DNA from: Trueperaceae bacterium
GTDB taxonomy: Bacteria; Deinococcota; Deinococci; Deinococcales; Trueperaceae
Direction: 5' to 3'
Assembly: GCA_965213925.1 (NCBI GenBank)
Contig: OZ243927.1
Span: 3,392,001 to 3,456,000 of the forward strand
Length of the DNA: 64,000 bases
Positions 41,061 through 51,700 of the stretch are shown here, one piece after another (the stretch's first letter is position 1; every line of letters starts with the position of its first letter). Below the pieces are notes generated by a model. That model searched no databases. It was not told the DNA's origin and was given only the letters and a program-made list of their open reading frames with translations. The position numbers and the translations under genes were made by a program.

Positions 41061-43970
41061 ATGGGTAGAGAAGTTTTTCGTTTCCACATCGTCAGACCAC
41101 CAGACGAAAATTTTTTAGAGAAGTTGGGTATTCTCCTCAACCCTGAGGATAGAGAAACTCCTTCTATGAGAGAACTTAGAGAGGCGAAAACACGCGAGGA
41201 GGCGGAACGAGCTGCCACGCGCAACAAAGCTTCAGACGAGTATCTAGACCCTGAGGACGTGCCCGACAATTACAAAACGTTAGCCGAGTGGCAAAAGCAA
41301 AATCCCCACGCACCTCAGGAGCAGGTAGCTAAGGAGGCAAGCATCATCCTCGAGCGCGACCCGCAAGAGGTTGTGGCTAGCGAGGCCTTCCAGTCTCTCC
41401 TCGCTAGGGGAGCAGCTAGCGAAGCCAGCGATTTAATACTAGGTGAACAAGGTTCATCGAAGCAGGCCGTAAAGTATCTACTTGCCGTCAGTAAAGCAGC
41501 TGGCAAGCGTCCCGTCCTCCCCCTCAATCTTAAGTTTGCACCAGGTCCACAGAGCAACACAATGTCTGAGCCTGAGACTTCTAAAATAGATTCGCCGGTC
41601 CCAAGCTTGGTTCAGCTTCAGGCATTGAAGCGGCGTCTGATAAGCTTAAGCCCGTCTAGCCCAACACTCACACTTCAGCAGCAAAGATTCATGCAAGATG
41701 TAAGCCTCCCTCAAGACGACACGACCGGAGATAGTCCCGGCAGAGCAGAACCTCCGCAGCCTGTAGTTATCAGTGACGTCTCCCTCAAGGAGACTGAGGT
41801 CAGCCAACTAAAATCTCTTCAGCTCAGCGCTGACGCATCCATTTCAGAGGCAGTGAATGAACTCGATAGGCAAATGCTGCTTAAGGCCGAGGTCTCAGTA
41901 GCTCCCGCGAGTGCACCTGTGGTCCGGAGTGGGATGCTTGTGATGAGTGCGACCGCATCTGCTGGTGGACCGCAAGCGCTCACTGAATTCAAGGGGGGCT
42001 ACGTTCAAGGGTTTAAGGTCTCTGACCTCGAGGTAGCGGAGCGTGACCTAAAGAGATACGAAGCAGGAGAGATTGCTCACATCGAGAACGCCCTTATGGG
42101 CGAGCGCCGGGTGAGGGAGCATATTAGAAATACGCTACGCGAGGACGTCACCTTTGTGGAGACAAGTATCCTTGAGGCTACAGAGGAGGAACTCCAGACA
42201 GAGGAGAGATTTGGTTTAACGAGAGAAGCGCGTAACGTGCAGCGCTCAGAGGTCGAGAAGCGTGCCGGCTTAAAGCTGGATGCGAGCTACGGACCCTCGG
42301 TAAACGTAGAGACCTACGCTGACTTTTCCTTAACCACGTTTAGTGAGTCTGTCAGCACGACCGCTAGCGAATACGCGAAGACGGTGTCCAGCTTGGCAAC
42401 TGCCCGGATACAGCGTACCTTTAGGGAGCAGCGCCTTACCCGCCGAGTGGAGTCGGTCGAGGAGACAAACTCTCACGAGATTGACAACCGGAACGCTGAC
42501 GGTCACACTGTCGGAATCTACCGCTATGTCGATAAGGTTTACAGCGTCCAGGTTCGTAACTATGGTGTTAGGCTAATGCTCGAGTTTGTCCTTCCTGAGC
42601 CAGGAGCTAATCTCCTGAGGATTGCTAGCCAACCCGTCGGTCAGGTGCTGGTTTTGGACAAGCCGGAGCCGCCGAGGGTGAATGGTAAACCTCTCGAACT
42701 ATCCGATATTGATCCAAATAACGATCTGTGGCGCGTCGTCGCGGCCCGGTATGGTGCCGCGGTCGAACCGCTTCCCGAGAAAAAGGTAGTCTCCCTGACG
42801 CTTAAGTTCGACGAGAAGCCTAACCTCGAGAGAGACGAGGTGAGCCGCCGCGTCGACTCGAATACGGACGAGATCCGGAGCGTTCAGGTCGTTTGGGACG
42901 AGGGCATACTCAAGGTTCCGGATGGTTACGAGGCGCTTAGGGTCTGGGGCACCTCCCTAGGTTTCAACACGACCATAGCTGTATCTTTCGACAAGCATAG
43001 AGCTGAGATAGTTGGGGCAAAACAGCATGTGAAAGTTTATGGTTCAGATTACGTCCGCACCGGCCAAATGCTGGGTGGCTTCAAAGTGCGGGCCGGGATG
43101 GGCCGGGCTGTTGACCTTATAGAGCGCTACGGTGCAGGCGGTGACCTGTACGTTTCGGCTATTTCGTTAGAGACAGAGGAACACAATTATCTCTCCATGG
43201 TAGGTTTCGTCGCCGCCGCTCATGGTCCCCTGGTCATCGAGGCTCTCTGCACACCTACGGAGGAAAGCTGGAACACCTGGCGTTACGAGGTATATACCGC
43301 CATCATGGAGGCGTACAGACAGCAGCAGGCAGCCTACCTAGAAGCGCTGGCTGCCGAAGAGGTGGCGCAAGGGACGAGCATTGACGGGCGCAACCCTGCT
43401 ACTAATCGAGAAGTTGAGAGGGACGAGATCAAGCGGGGCGTGGTCACCTTATTGCGCGGCAGCAAGCCCGACACGGGCTCACTTGCCCAGGATGGCTTTA
43501 GCCCTGACGTCGCGAAGGCCGCTGCACACGGACCCCTCATCAGGTTTTTCGAGACGGCTTTTGAGTGGGAGCACATGGTCTTCGAGCTAGCGCCCTACTT
43601 CTGGGCGAACCCGGATCGTTGGGACCAACTTCTCAAAGCCGACGATCCTGACCCAGAACATAGAAGGTTTCTTCAAGCGGGCTCAGCGCACGTCACCCTC
43701 CCGGTCAGACCTGGGCACGAGTTCTACGCCGCTGCGGCTGTCAGCTTGCTACAGATGACTGGAGGCTCACTTAAGCCTGAGCTATTTACTTCCGAATTAC
43801 CTAACGTCATCCTTCGCGAGTTGTTGGTCGCATCCTTGGAGGCTTCTATCCTCAGAAAGCAGAGGCAAACCGAAGGTCCCGTCGATGTAGGAAAGCCCTT
43901 CGAGGTGACCGTACCAACAAACCTGGTTATCTTGCAGGAGGGCTCGGACCTAAACGAGGCTAAGACGTGA
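41061..43970 (+). CDS. Large hypothetical protein (~970 aa), function unknown
   Basis: Long ORF with GGAGGGAG RBS; conserved-looking blocks LKRYEAGEIAHIEN, YRYVDKVY..QVRNYG.RLMLEF..PEPG, FFETAFEWEHM, FLQAGSA.V..PVRPG. Confidence 0.8.
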   Translation: MGREVFRFHIVRPPDENFLEKLGILLNPEDRETPSMRELREAKTREEAERAATRNKASDEYLDPEDVPDNYKTLAEWQKQNPHAPQEQVAKEASIILERDPQEVVASEAFQSLLARGAASEASDLILGEQGSSKQAVKYLLAVSKAAGKRPVLPLNLKFAPGPQSNTMSEPETSKIDSPVPSLVQLQALKRRLISLSPSSPTLTLQQQRFMQDVSLPQDDTTGDSPGRAEPPQPVVISDVSLKETEVSQLKSLQLSADASISEAVNELDRQMLLKAEVSVAPASAPVVRSGMLVMSATASAGGPQALTEFKGGYVQGFKVSDLEVAERDLKRYEAGEIAHIENALMGERRVREHIRNTLREDVTFVETSILEATEEELQTEERFGLTREARNVQRSEVEKRAGLKLDASYGPSVNVETYADFSLTTFSESVSTTASEYAKTVSSLATARIQRTFREQRLTRRVESVEETNSHEIDNRNADGHTVGIYRYVDKVYSVQVRNYGVRLMLEFVLPEPGANLLRIASQPVGQVLVLDKPEPPRVNGKPLELSDIDPNNDLWRVVAARYGAAVEPLPEKKVVSLTLKFDEKPNLERDEVSRRVDSNTDEIRSVQVVWDEGILKVPDGYEALRVWGTSLGFNTTIAVSFDKHRAEIVGAKQHVKVYGSDYVRTGQMLGGFKVRAGMGRAVDLIERYGAGGDLYVSAISLETEEHNYLSMVGFVAAAHGPLVIEALCTPTEESWNTWRYEVYTAIMEAYRQQQAAYLEALAAEEVAQGTSIDGRNPATNREVERDEIKRGVVTLLRGSKPDTGSLAQDGFSPDVAKAAAHGPLIRFFETAFEWEHMVFELAPYFWANPDRWDQLLKADDPDPEHRRFLQAGSAHVTLPVRPGHEFYAAAAVSLLQMTGGSLKPELFTSELPNVILRELLVASLEASILRKQRQTEGPVDVGKPFEVTVPTNLVILQEGSDLNEAKT

Positions 43971-45493
43971 GCCTGCAAAGCAGCCGCGGGCTTCCCAAAA
44001 AGCGCCGAGGAGGACATCGTCTGAAGGATATCGCTAATATCGCCTTCGGTGGTGGCGGCGCAAAAGGCGTTGCCCACGTAGGGGCGCTCGCTGGACTGGA
44101 GAAAGCGGGTGTGCTTATTTACGGAGACTATAGCTACCGTGAGGGTCACCTTCTCAAACGCCTTAGTAGACTCGTACCGGGGACAATCGGACTCTCGGGC
44201 ACAAGCATCGGTTCGCTCATTGCCGCGCTCACTGCATCGGGTTACACCTCAGCAGAGTTGAAGGCTAAGCTGCTCGACAGCAACGCAATGCTTAAAGCTG
44301 TAGTGAACTTCCAAAGTGCTGCTAGCGCGGGTATACCTACATTGGATCAGAACTTCGCCTACGATCACAAGCCTGCTAAGCGGGAGGGCGCGATATGGGG
44401 TGTTAAAAAATCAGCGCCTCTGACTGTCGATACCCGTAGGCAATACATACGGAAAGGAGGCTGGGTCTTTTTTGGCACACGAGGCAAAGTGGTAGCTAGG
44501 AACGTTGGCTTCTTCGCCCTTAGGTATGCCGTGGAGTCGGAAATACATGATGTGTTAGCTGAACTCTTCCGTGAGAGCTCGCGGCGCGCGCCAAGGGGCG
44601 GTGCGAACGGACTATCTACCTTAGATAAGAACAGGTTGCAAAAACTTGCAGGTGACGCTATACCTGAAACAGTTTATAGATACCTCGGTTTCTTTAAGGG
44701 GCAATCTTTAGTACAACTCGTGAGTCAGCTCATCTATTCAAAGCTGAGGCCTGGTGAGCGTGAGCTGATTCATGAGGACAACCGTATGTATTTCGGAGTA
44801 AAACGGATTGAGGACTTATCAGAAGCCCAGCGAATGAGGGTGTCGTTCGCCCGCCATAAAGAGTGCTTTGGCATCAACCTGAGACTCACCGGGGCCAACC
44901 TCGAGACACAAATGAGCCACGTGTTTAGCGCCCGCACTACTCCTACGATGGCAGTAGCGGACGCCGTACGCATCTCGGCGAGCTTCCCACTCCTATTTAG
45001 ACCGACTCTTATCTCCTTTGAGAAAGCCGAAAAGATGTCTGAGGCAGAGTCTTGGGCGCTGAGCCCCGAAGAGCTTACGGGCATATGGATCGACGGCGGC
45101 ATATACAATAACGTACCTTGGGACGTGTTCGACACCGGCTTAACTCTTGGCTTAGCGCTGGGTGCAACGCCTGAGGAGAAGCGTAGTCCCGCCTGGCAAA
45201 CTGTCCATGACCCGTTCTCTTACCCACCTTTTGAAGAGGATGAAGAGGACCGCCTCAACGCACTACTAGAAACCTATGCGCACAGCAAACTCCTGGACGA
45301 TACGTCGCGGCTCAACAATAGTTACGGTAACGTTAAGTATAGTCGGATTCGCTTAGACGCAACTCCCATTGATACACTCGATATAGCGGGGTATCACAAC
45401 CTCCCACTCCGAGAGCGAACGGCTTTGCTGAATCGCAACCAGACTATTGTTTCGTCACACCTAAAAAAATTTACCTCTGTCGCCCAGCGGTAA
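43967..45493 (+). CDS. Patatin-like phospholipase
   Basis: GGGGAKG oxyanion loop, GTSIG nucleophile, AVRISASFP, DGG catalytic Asp; GTGA overlap with the upstream gene. Confidence 0.9.
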   Translation: MSLQSSRGLPKKRRGGHRLKDIANIAFGGGGAKGVAHVGALAGLEKAGVLIYGDYSYREGHLLKRLSRLVPGTIGLSGTSIGSLIAALTASGYTSAELKAKLLDSNAMLKAVVNFQSAASAGIPTLDQNFAYDHKPAKREGAIWGVKKSAPLTVDTRRQYIRKGGWVFFGTRGKVVARNVGFFALRYAVESEIHDVLAELFRESSRRAPRGGANGLSTLDKNRLQKLAGDAIPETVYRYLGFFKGQSLVQLVSQLIYSKLRPGERELIHEDNRMYFGVKRIEDLSEAQRMRVSFARHKECFGINLRLTGANLETQMSHVFSARTTPTMAVADAVRISASFPLLFRPTLISFEKAEKMSEAESWALSPEELTGIWIDGGIYNNVPWDVFDTGLTLGLALGATPEEKRSPAWQTVHDPFSYPPFEEDEEDRLNALLETYAHSKLLDDTSRLNNSYGNVKYSRIRLDATPIDTLDIAGYHNLPLRERTALLNRNQTIVSSHLKKFTSVAQR

Positions 45494-45611
45494 AGTGCAG
45501 GTCATAGTTCCTAGCAGGTCCATATATCGACGGGAGCGACCTCGGCTACCAATTCTGTAGCTAGATATCGTCGATGTATGGGTAGTTTACGGGTCTTTCG
45601 CACCTTGAGCG

Positions 45612-45643
45612 TTAGGTCGGAGTTGCGCGCGTCCAACGCATAA
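45612..45643. repeat. 32-bp module-boundary repeat (variant arms)
   Basis: TTAGGTCGGAGTT-GCGCGC-GTCCAACGCATAA. Confidence 0.7.
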
Positions 45644-45681
45644 AAATATTTTCGAGTAGAGGTTTATCCTACCGTTCAACT

Positions 45682-46110
45682 TTAGTATGGAGGATGTTCT
45701 CCAATACTGCTGAGTACCACACGTAGATTTACCAATCCCGCACGATTAAGTCTAAGCTTCGCCACGGTCGCACGCCCTGTTGATGTCGTGCCGACTATGA
45801 GGCTGTAGTTGTCGCTCCACACGAAGTGCCGAGACCGCTCATCACGGCGGGGGTGAAATAGAGGCACCCGCTTACCGCTAGCGGGGTCAACTGCATCTAC
45901 GGCAGTGTACTTGTGACTGTTGCAGCCCTGGCAGGCAAGCGCCAAGTTGTCAGATTCGTTACTGCCACCTTGAGTGAGTGGGATGATGTGTTCGACCGAG
46001 AAGGGGTCGGGGGAAAAGCGCAGTTGACTCAGGCAATATTCGCAGCAGCTCTGGGCGCGCTCGGCGACTGATTGCTTTAGGGCTGCCGACAGCGTTGTTC
46101 GCGTACTCAA
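45682..46110 (-). CDS. HNH endonuclease
   Basis: CEYC, EHIIP...GG.N...NLALAC..CN..K, LFHPR. Confidence 0.92.
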   Translation of the reverse strand: MSTRTTLSAALKQSVAERAQSCCEYCLSQLRFSPDPFSVEHIIPLTQGGSNESDNLALACQGCNSHKYTAVDAVDPASGKRVPLFHPRRDERSRHFVWSDNYSLIVGTTSTGRATVAKLRLNRAGLVNLRVVLSSIGEHPPY

Positions 46111-46502
46111 AGGAAATTAGGTTGAGTAACGCCCACCTCTTGCATCAACGTCTCGAGCGGTACCTGCCGACGCTTAGCGAGTTCAGCGAGCACGCCCATG
46201 CGTTTGGCATTGGCCTGCTCGAGCCGCTCGCTTAGGGAGAGTAACTCTCGATGTTCTGCAGCGTCTAAGCTCGCCTCTCGCCGCAATTCTACGAGCTGAC
46301 GATAGCGCTCCCACTCGCGCTCGGAAAAGCCTAGCCCTAACCATTGCAGGAGCTGGCTTTCACTCACTTCCTGCAGTTCGCGGCGCTGGGCGAAGGACTC
46401 GAGGAGTTGCGCCGCGTAGTCCTCGGCGCTTACCCCTTGCTGCTGGGCTAGCTCGCGGAGCTGCGCTTCCGTGTGATGAGGCAAAGTAAGCGTAAGACTC
46501 AT
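46107..46502 (-). CDS. Small helical protein upstream of and overlapping the HNH gene (antitoxin-like)
   Basis: N-terminal RHH-like LTLTLP...QLRELAQQQGVSAEDY; 4-nt overlap with the HNH gene. Confidence 0.7.
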   Translation of the reverse strand: MSLTLTLPHHTEAQLRELAQQQGVSAEDYAAQLLESFAQRRELQEVSESQLLQWLGLGFSEREWERYRQLVELRREASLDAAEHRELLSLSERLEQANAKRMGVLAELAKRRQVPLETLMQEVGVTQPNFL

Positions 46503-46606
46503 AGGTTAGTTAAAGAGTAGCACGTTCTGATGTGGGTTAAGGTGCAAAAGCTAAAGGGATAACTTCGACGATTTCTTTAAAGGCGTTCGCTACAGCGTTG
46601 AAAAGT

Positions 46607-46638
46607 TTGTACGTCAAACGCGCGCAACACGCGCCTAG
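46607..46638. repeat. 32-bp module-boundary repeat (A|B)
   Basis: TTGTACGTCAAAC-GCGCGC-AACACGCGCCTAG. Confidence 0.8.
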
Positions 46639-46980
46639 TGGCTCATCCGCCAAATCCCGCACTTTCCGCATGATTAAATTTCATCTCTGACGCTAGGCGG
46701 TAAACGAGAACTTGACAACAAATCTCATAAATGCACTAAGGAGGGCTCTATAGGCTATATCACGTAGTCCGTTTGGTAGAACAAGTGCGCTGAGGCGCAC
46801 TCTGATACCTACACGCTATTCTAGCTCTACCTAAACTGCCGCCGCGCGCTTTACAGTTGGACTCAGGTGAAGTATAAGAGGTGTCAGGTGCACCCGAAGT
46901 TCCCTGCAGAGAGCTTGTTTCTAACCCAGCAGCCCGTTACACTCTCCATAACTCTATGTTGCATCAGAAAGGCGGCGCGC

Positions 46981-47838
46981 ATGATTCCAACTCAAGTTTT
47001 TGGTCGTAGTGAGCACAGGAGCACGCGTACGATCTTCGGTGCCGCCGCGCTCAGCGAGGTCACGCAAACCGACGCCGACAAGACGATGGAACTTGTGGTG
47101 CGCTACGGCGTCAACCACATTGACGTTGCAGCCAGCTACGGTGAGGCGGAGGTGCGCCTGGCGCCTTGGCTCGAGCAGCACCGCGAGGACATCTTCCTCG
47201 CCACCAAGACTGGTGCACGGGATTACGCGGCGGCAAGAGACGAGATCAGGCGCTCGCTCGAGCGGCTACGGGTAGACCACGTCGACCTGATCCAGCTTCA
47301 TAACCTCGTTGACCCCAAGGAATGGGAGACCGCGCTCGGACCAGGCGGAGCCTTAGAAGCCTGCATTGAGGCGCGCGACGAGGGGCTAGTGCGCTTTATC
47401 GGCGTGACGGGACACGGCGTCGAGGTCGCGGCGAGGCATAAAGCGAGCTTAGAACGCTTCGACTTCGACTCGGTCTTACTGCCCTACAGCTACATCATGA
47501 TGCAGAATTCTCGCTACGCCGCCGATTTTGAAGCGCTCGTGTCCCTGTGCGAGGCGCGGAGCGTGGCGGTGCAAACCATCAAAGCGGTGACGCGGGCACC
47601 GTGGGGCGACAAGACGCAGACGCGCGCAACCTGGTACGAGCCCTTGGAAGAACAAGCCGATATTGATACGACTGTGCATTGGGTGCTCGGGCGCGCCGGG
47701 TTTTTCCTCAACACCGTAGGCGATATTCAGGTTTTACCTAAGGTGCTGGACGCTGCAAGCCGCTTTGAGACAAGGCCAACTGACGTAGAGATGCAGGCGG
47801 TGGTGGAGAAGCAGAAGATGGAGCCGCTGTTCACCTGA
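46981..47838 (+). CDS. Aldo/keto reductase
   Basis: [32 protein letters not shown]; start ATG 46981. Confidence 0.92.
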   Translation: MIPTQVFGRSEHRSTRTIFGAAALSEVTQTDADKTMELVVRYGVNHIDVAASYGEAEVRLAPWLEQHREDIFLATKTGARDYAAARDEIRRSLERLRVDHVDLIQLHNLVDPKEWETALGPGGALEACIEARDEGLVRFIGVTGHGVEVAARHKASLERFDFDSVLLPYSYIMMQNSRYAADFEALVSLCEARSVAVQTIKAVTRAPWGDKTQTRATWYEPLEEQADIDTTVHWVLGRAGFFLNTVGDIQVLPKVLDAASRFETRPTDVEMQAVVEKQKMEPLFT

Positions 47839-48095
47839 GCCTATTTAGCCCACCGTTCTCCAGTTCGAGTCCCTGCCCGAAAGGGGATGGTTTGCATCCT
47901 GACTTGTGGCAGACCTTTTCTGCACAGTGTGTAACTGGCTAGCGATGCGGTGAAAGGTTTGGTCGATGAAGAGGATGCGGTGGAGATGACGCGTGAACTG
48001 GCAAAAAGGACGGGTAGTGGCTCAACACGAACTGTTAAGCTAAGGTTGGCAGTCTTAGGTGAGCCACCACCAAAGGACGTATAAGTTGTGAAGGG

Positions 48096-48539
48096 TTGAC
48101 GTTGAAATTTGTGGATGTACCTGCTAACAAGTCCGACAAGGTTCGCTTGACGCTTCCCGACATCTCGAGGCGGCTCAAAGCCGCGCTGTTGCAACTATCT
48201 GAATGTGACCTCGTGGTAGGCGTCGCGACAGGCGGTACGGTCTTGGCGAGCTTGGCGGCGTATGAACTCGCGCTACCGCTCAAACTCATCCGTATCAACT
48301 ACCGCGCCGAGGACAATACGCCGCAACGCGTGGAGCCGACGCTACTCCAACCTTTTGAGCTAAGGGGACAGCCGCGCGTATTGCTTGTAGACGACGTGAG
48401 CGTGACCGGCGCAACGTTTCGGGTAGCGACTGCTTTGCTCGGGGTTCGTGAGGTTACAACGTTAGCCCTCAAAGGTCGGGCGGACAGCGTGCTCTACCCC
48501 GAGGTGACGCGCTGTGTGTTGCTACCGTGGCGCGACTAG
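48096..48539 (+). CDS. Type I phosphoribosyltransferase domain protein
   Basis: PRPP loop VLLVDDVSVTGAT; start uncertain. Confidence 0.82.
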   Translation: MTLKFVDVPANKSDKVRLTLPDISRRLKAALLQLSECDLVVGVATGGTVLASLAAYELALPLKLIRINYRAEDNTPQRVEPTLLQPFELRGQPRVLLVDDVSVTGATFRVATALLGVREVTTLALKGRADSVLYPEVTRCVLLPWRD

Positions 48540-48595
48540 AAATAGATATTAGGACTATCTTTAGGTGACCCTACAGGCCTTTCACATTGTAAGCG

Positions 48596-48627
48596 CTGTG
48601 CGTGTGATGCGCGCGTTCGTCGCACAA
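48596..48627. repeat. 32-bp palindromic module-boundary repeat (B|A)
   Basis: CTGTGCGTGTGAT-GCGCGC-GTTCGTCGCACAA. Confidence 0.9.
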
Positions 48628-48642
48628 AGCCTAGAGCGCCAG

Positions 48643-49122
48643 TCAGCTCTTGTTAACCTGAGCACTCTCCTCCACGGCCTGTGCCATCAAGTTCAAGAAG
48701 CGCGTAATCACCTCTCGTTCCTGCTCGTCAAACGTCTCAGCAGTTTGGTTCAACTTGTCATAGAGCGTTAGCGGGCGCTCCATCCCCTCTGTGTCCTGCT
48801 CGACGTAGTGCATAAGCACCTTGCGACGGTCGCCCGGGTGGGACGCTCTCCTGGCGAACCCTCGAGCCTCAAGCCGGTCCAAGAGCCGCGTCACTGCGCC
48901 TGAACTGAGACCGACGCGCTCACCGACCTCCCTAGGCATGAGCGGGCCGTAAAGCCGCAGGTGCTCGGCGACCAGAATCTCGGTTAGCGTGAAGCCCACG
49001 TCCTCAGCGACCCGCGCACTAAGCGTTAGCAGCATCGCGTTGAGATGTTGAAACGAGGCTTGCATGTCCCCCTCCATACCTCTGCTTTGTGCAACCTCTT
49101 GATTTTGCAGCTTCTTACTCAT
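48643..49122 (-). CDS. MarR-family regulator
   Basis: GLSSGAVTRLLDRLE..G, HPGDRRKV; TACAAT-N6-ATG. Confidence 0.9.
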   Translation of the reverse strand: MSKKLQNQEVAQSRGMEGDMQASFQHLNAMLLTLSARVAEDVGFTLTEILVAEHLRLYGPLMPREVGERVGLSSGAVTRLLDRLEARGFARRASHPGDRRKVLMHYVEQDTEGMERPLTLYDKLNQTAETFDEQEREVITRFLNLMAQAVEESAQVNKS

Positions 49123-49181
49123 ATAATCATTGTAGCGGATTACCCGGGTCTCCGCAAACTTTGGAGAAGGTAAGGAGCTTT

Positions 49182-50093
49182 ATGACAGGCATAACAGTAG
49201 GCACACAAAAATCGGTCACGACCTCCGTGCTCGAGCAGGTTTACCACGAGTGGGGCACGGGCGAGCGCTCAGTCCTCCTGCTCCACGGCTTCCCGGAAGA
49301 CGCCGCCGGCTGGGGAGAGGTCGGCGAGGCGCTCGCGAAAGCGGGTTTGCACATCTACGCGCCCTACCTTAGGGGCTACGGTCCGACACACTTTCTCAAA
49401 GGGGACACGCCCCGCAGCGGTCAGCTCGCCGCGCTGACGAGCGACGTGCTTGAGTTCGCCGAAGCGCTAGGCTTAGACACTTTCACCCTCGTCGGTCATG
49501 ACTGGGGTGCACGCGCAGCGCAAGTTGTAAGCGCGCTCTATCCTGAGCGGGTCGAGCACCTCGTCTCTTTCGCCGACTACGAACTCGCTTGGGACGAGAC
49601 GGGCTTCCCGCCGCCCGAGGTGCTGCACGCCCTCTGGTACCAGTGGGTGCTCCTATCTGACATGGGCGAGCCGCTGCTGCGGAGCGACGTTAAAGGCTTC
49701 TGCAAATATCTCTGGAAGGCTTGGTCACCCACCTGGGAGAGAAGTCAGGAGACGTTCGAGGCGGTTGCTACGTCGCTCGAGAACCCCGACTTCGTGGACG
49801 TCGTGCTGAGCGCCTACCGCCACGGGCGCGTCCCCGGTGCGGTAGGCGACCCTCGATACGATGAAATTGAGAAGGCGCTCTCTGAAGGTCCTGACATCAC
49901 CGTCCCGACCACGTTGCTCATCGGCAAAGACGACGCTATCGTCATGCCCTGGGAGGGTGACGAGCGCTACAAGGCACATTTCACGGGCGAGGTCAGTCGG
50001 CATCTGCTTGGAGATGTCGGGCACTTTCCGCACCGAGAAGACCCGGAGGCGGTGGTTAGGGCGGTGACGAAACGCCTTGGGGTGAACGCGTGA
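49182..50093 (+). CDS. Alpha/beta hydrolase (epoxide hydrolase-like)
   Basis: LLHGFPE, LRGYG, GHDWGA (Asp nucleophile), GHFPHRE; AAGGAG RBS. Confidence 0.92.
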   Translation: MTGITVGTQKSVTTSVLEQVYHEWGTGERSVLLLHGFPEDAAGWGEVGEALAKAGLHIYAPYLRGYGPTHFLKGDTPRSGQLAALTSDVLEFAEALGLDTFTLVGHDWGARAAQVVSALYPERVEHLVSFADYELAWDETGFPPPEVLHALWYQWVLLSDMGEPLLRSDVKGFCKYLWKAWSPTWERSQETFEAVATSLENPDFVDVVLSAYRHGRVPGAVGDPRYDEIEKALSEGPDITVPTTLLIGKDDAIVMPWEGDERYKAHFTGEVSRHLLGDVGHFPHREDPEAVVRAVTKRLGVNA

Positions 50094-50740
50094 GGCGAGC
50101 TGCCAAAGGTCACCCAAAGGAGGCGGGACGCTCCGAAGAAGCGAGGAGAAAGCCCTGGCGCTGGTACCACGCTCCACTGCTACACCTCAGCACCGAAGTG
50201 CTCAGCTACGGGCTGAGCAAACTGACCGAGCGTGTGACTGGAAACGACAGCACGAGAAAGGCGCAGGACGCCTTCTACGAAAACCTGACGCTGCCCGTGT
50301 TCGCCCCACCCGGACCTGCCTTCCCGGTCGTTTGGGCGCTTAACAATGCTGCCCGGACCGCAGGAATAGTGCACGTGCTTAATATGCCGAAAGAGACACC
50401 GGGTAGAAGCGATTACCTTGTCCTCCAGGGTGTTTCGCTCGTCAACTACGCGAGCTTCAACCCCCTCTACTTCGGGTTGCGCTCGCCGACTAACGGCGCG
50501 GTAACGACCCTGCTCGACGCCGGGCTCAATCTGGGCAGCTTGTATGTAGCGACCACCCAGCTCAGAGATGCTAAGACCGCCCTCTCCCTCTCGACCATCC
50601 TCCCTTGGCTCGGGCTCGCCTCGGCGGTGTCGGTGAGCGTCGCGCTGTGGAACGAGGACGCCTTCTACAAAACTCAGCCTTTAGTGAAAGACCCGCAGGG
50701 CTGGACAAAAGGAGCAACGTGTGACGAAGATCGTCGCTGA
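50090..50740 (+). CDS. TspO/MBR-like membrane protein
   Basis: FYENLTLPVFAPPGPAFPVVW, YFGLRSP, LPWLGLAS...WN. Confidence 0.75.
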   Translation: MRRAAKGHPKEAGRSEEARRKPWRWYHAPLLHLSTEVLSYGLSKLTERVTGNDSTRKAQDAFYENLTLPVFAPPGPAFPVVWALNNAARTAGIVHVLNMPKETPGRSDYLVLQGVSLVNYASFNPLYFGLRSPTNGAVTTLLDAGLNLGSLYVATTQLRDAKTALSLSTILPWLGLASAVSVSVALWNEDAFYKTQPLVKDPQGWTKGATCDEDRR

Positions 50741-51692
50741 AAACCTCGTCAAGCGCTACGGCAGCTTCACTGCAGTGAATGGCGTTTCCCTAACAATTGA
50801 GCCAGGTGAGGTGTTTGGCTTCCTCGGACCTAACGGCGCGGGCAAAAGCACGACCGTGGCAATGCTCACTACGCTCAGCGTGCCGACGGAAGGGCGCGCC
50901 AAGGTCGGCGGCTACGACATAGCTAAAGAGGCAGCGCAGGTGCGCCGAGTGAGCGGCGTGGCGCTCCAAGAGATCGGGCTGGACCCGCTCATGACGCCGC
51001 GCGAGCTATTGGAGTTGCAGGCGAGCCTGTTCGGGCTGTCTCAGCGCGATACGAAGGCGCGGGCTAGGGAGCTGCTCGAGGTCGTCGGGCTCGCGGAGGT
51101 TACGGATAAGCAGTGCAGCAAGTTCAGCGGCGGGATGCGGCGGCGGCTCGATCTGGCGCTGGCGCTTGTCCACGAGCCCGACATCCTGTTCCTCGACGAA
51201 CCCACGACAGGCTTAGACCCCGCCAGCCGCCGCGACGTGTGGCGCGAGGTCAAGCGCCTCAACCGGGAGCGCGGCATGACCATCTTCCTCACCACGCAGT
51301 ACCTGGAGGAGGCGGACGAGCTGGCTGAGCGCGTCGCCATCATCAGCGCGGGTCAGATTGCCGTTGAAGGCACACCCGCCCAGCTCAAGGCTGAACTCGG
51401 CGGGGAGTCCATCAACCTCGAGTTCGCCGACGAAGACGCGCCGAAGCGTGCTCACAGCGCGTTAGAAGCGCTTACGCACAACGCCGTGCTCGACAGAAAG
51501 GTGCTGAGGCTCTACCTGCCGAACGCCGCCGGAGCCGTTGCTGAGGTCGTGACGGAGCTGAACAGTAGCGGGCTCGCCCCCCAATCGCTCACGCTAACTC
51601 AACCCAGCCTCGACGACGTGTTCCTACAGGTTACCGGACAACGTTTCGAGAACGAAGTCCCTGCAAATGACTCACCCGCGAAAGCCGCTTAG
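50721..51692 (+). CDS. ABC-2 exporter ATP-binding subunit (DrrA-like)
   Basis: GPNGAGKST, FSGGMRRRLD, LDEPTTGLDP. Confidence 0.95.
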   Translation: MTKIVAENLVKRYGSFTAVNGVSLTIEPGEVFGFLGPNGAGKSTTVAMLTTLSVPTEGRAKVGGYDIAKEAAQVRRVSGVALQEIGLDPLMTPRELLELQASLFGLSQRDTKARARELLEVVGLAEVTDKQCSKFSGGMRRRLDLALALVHEPDILFLDEPTTGLDPASRRDVWREVKRLNRERGMTIFLTTQYLEEADELAERVAIISAGQIAVEGTPAQLKAELGGESINLEFADEDAPKRAHSALEALTHNAVLDRKVLRLYLPNAAGAVAEVVTELNSSGLAPQSLTLTQPSLDDVFLQVTGQRFENEVPANDSPAKAA

Positions 51693-51700
51693 GAGAAGCT

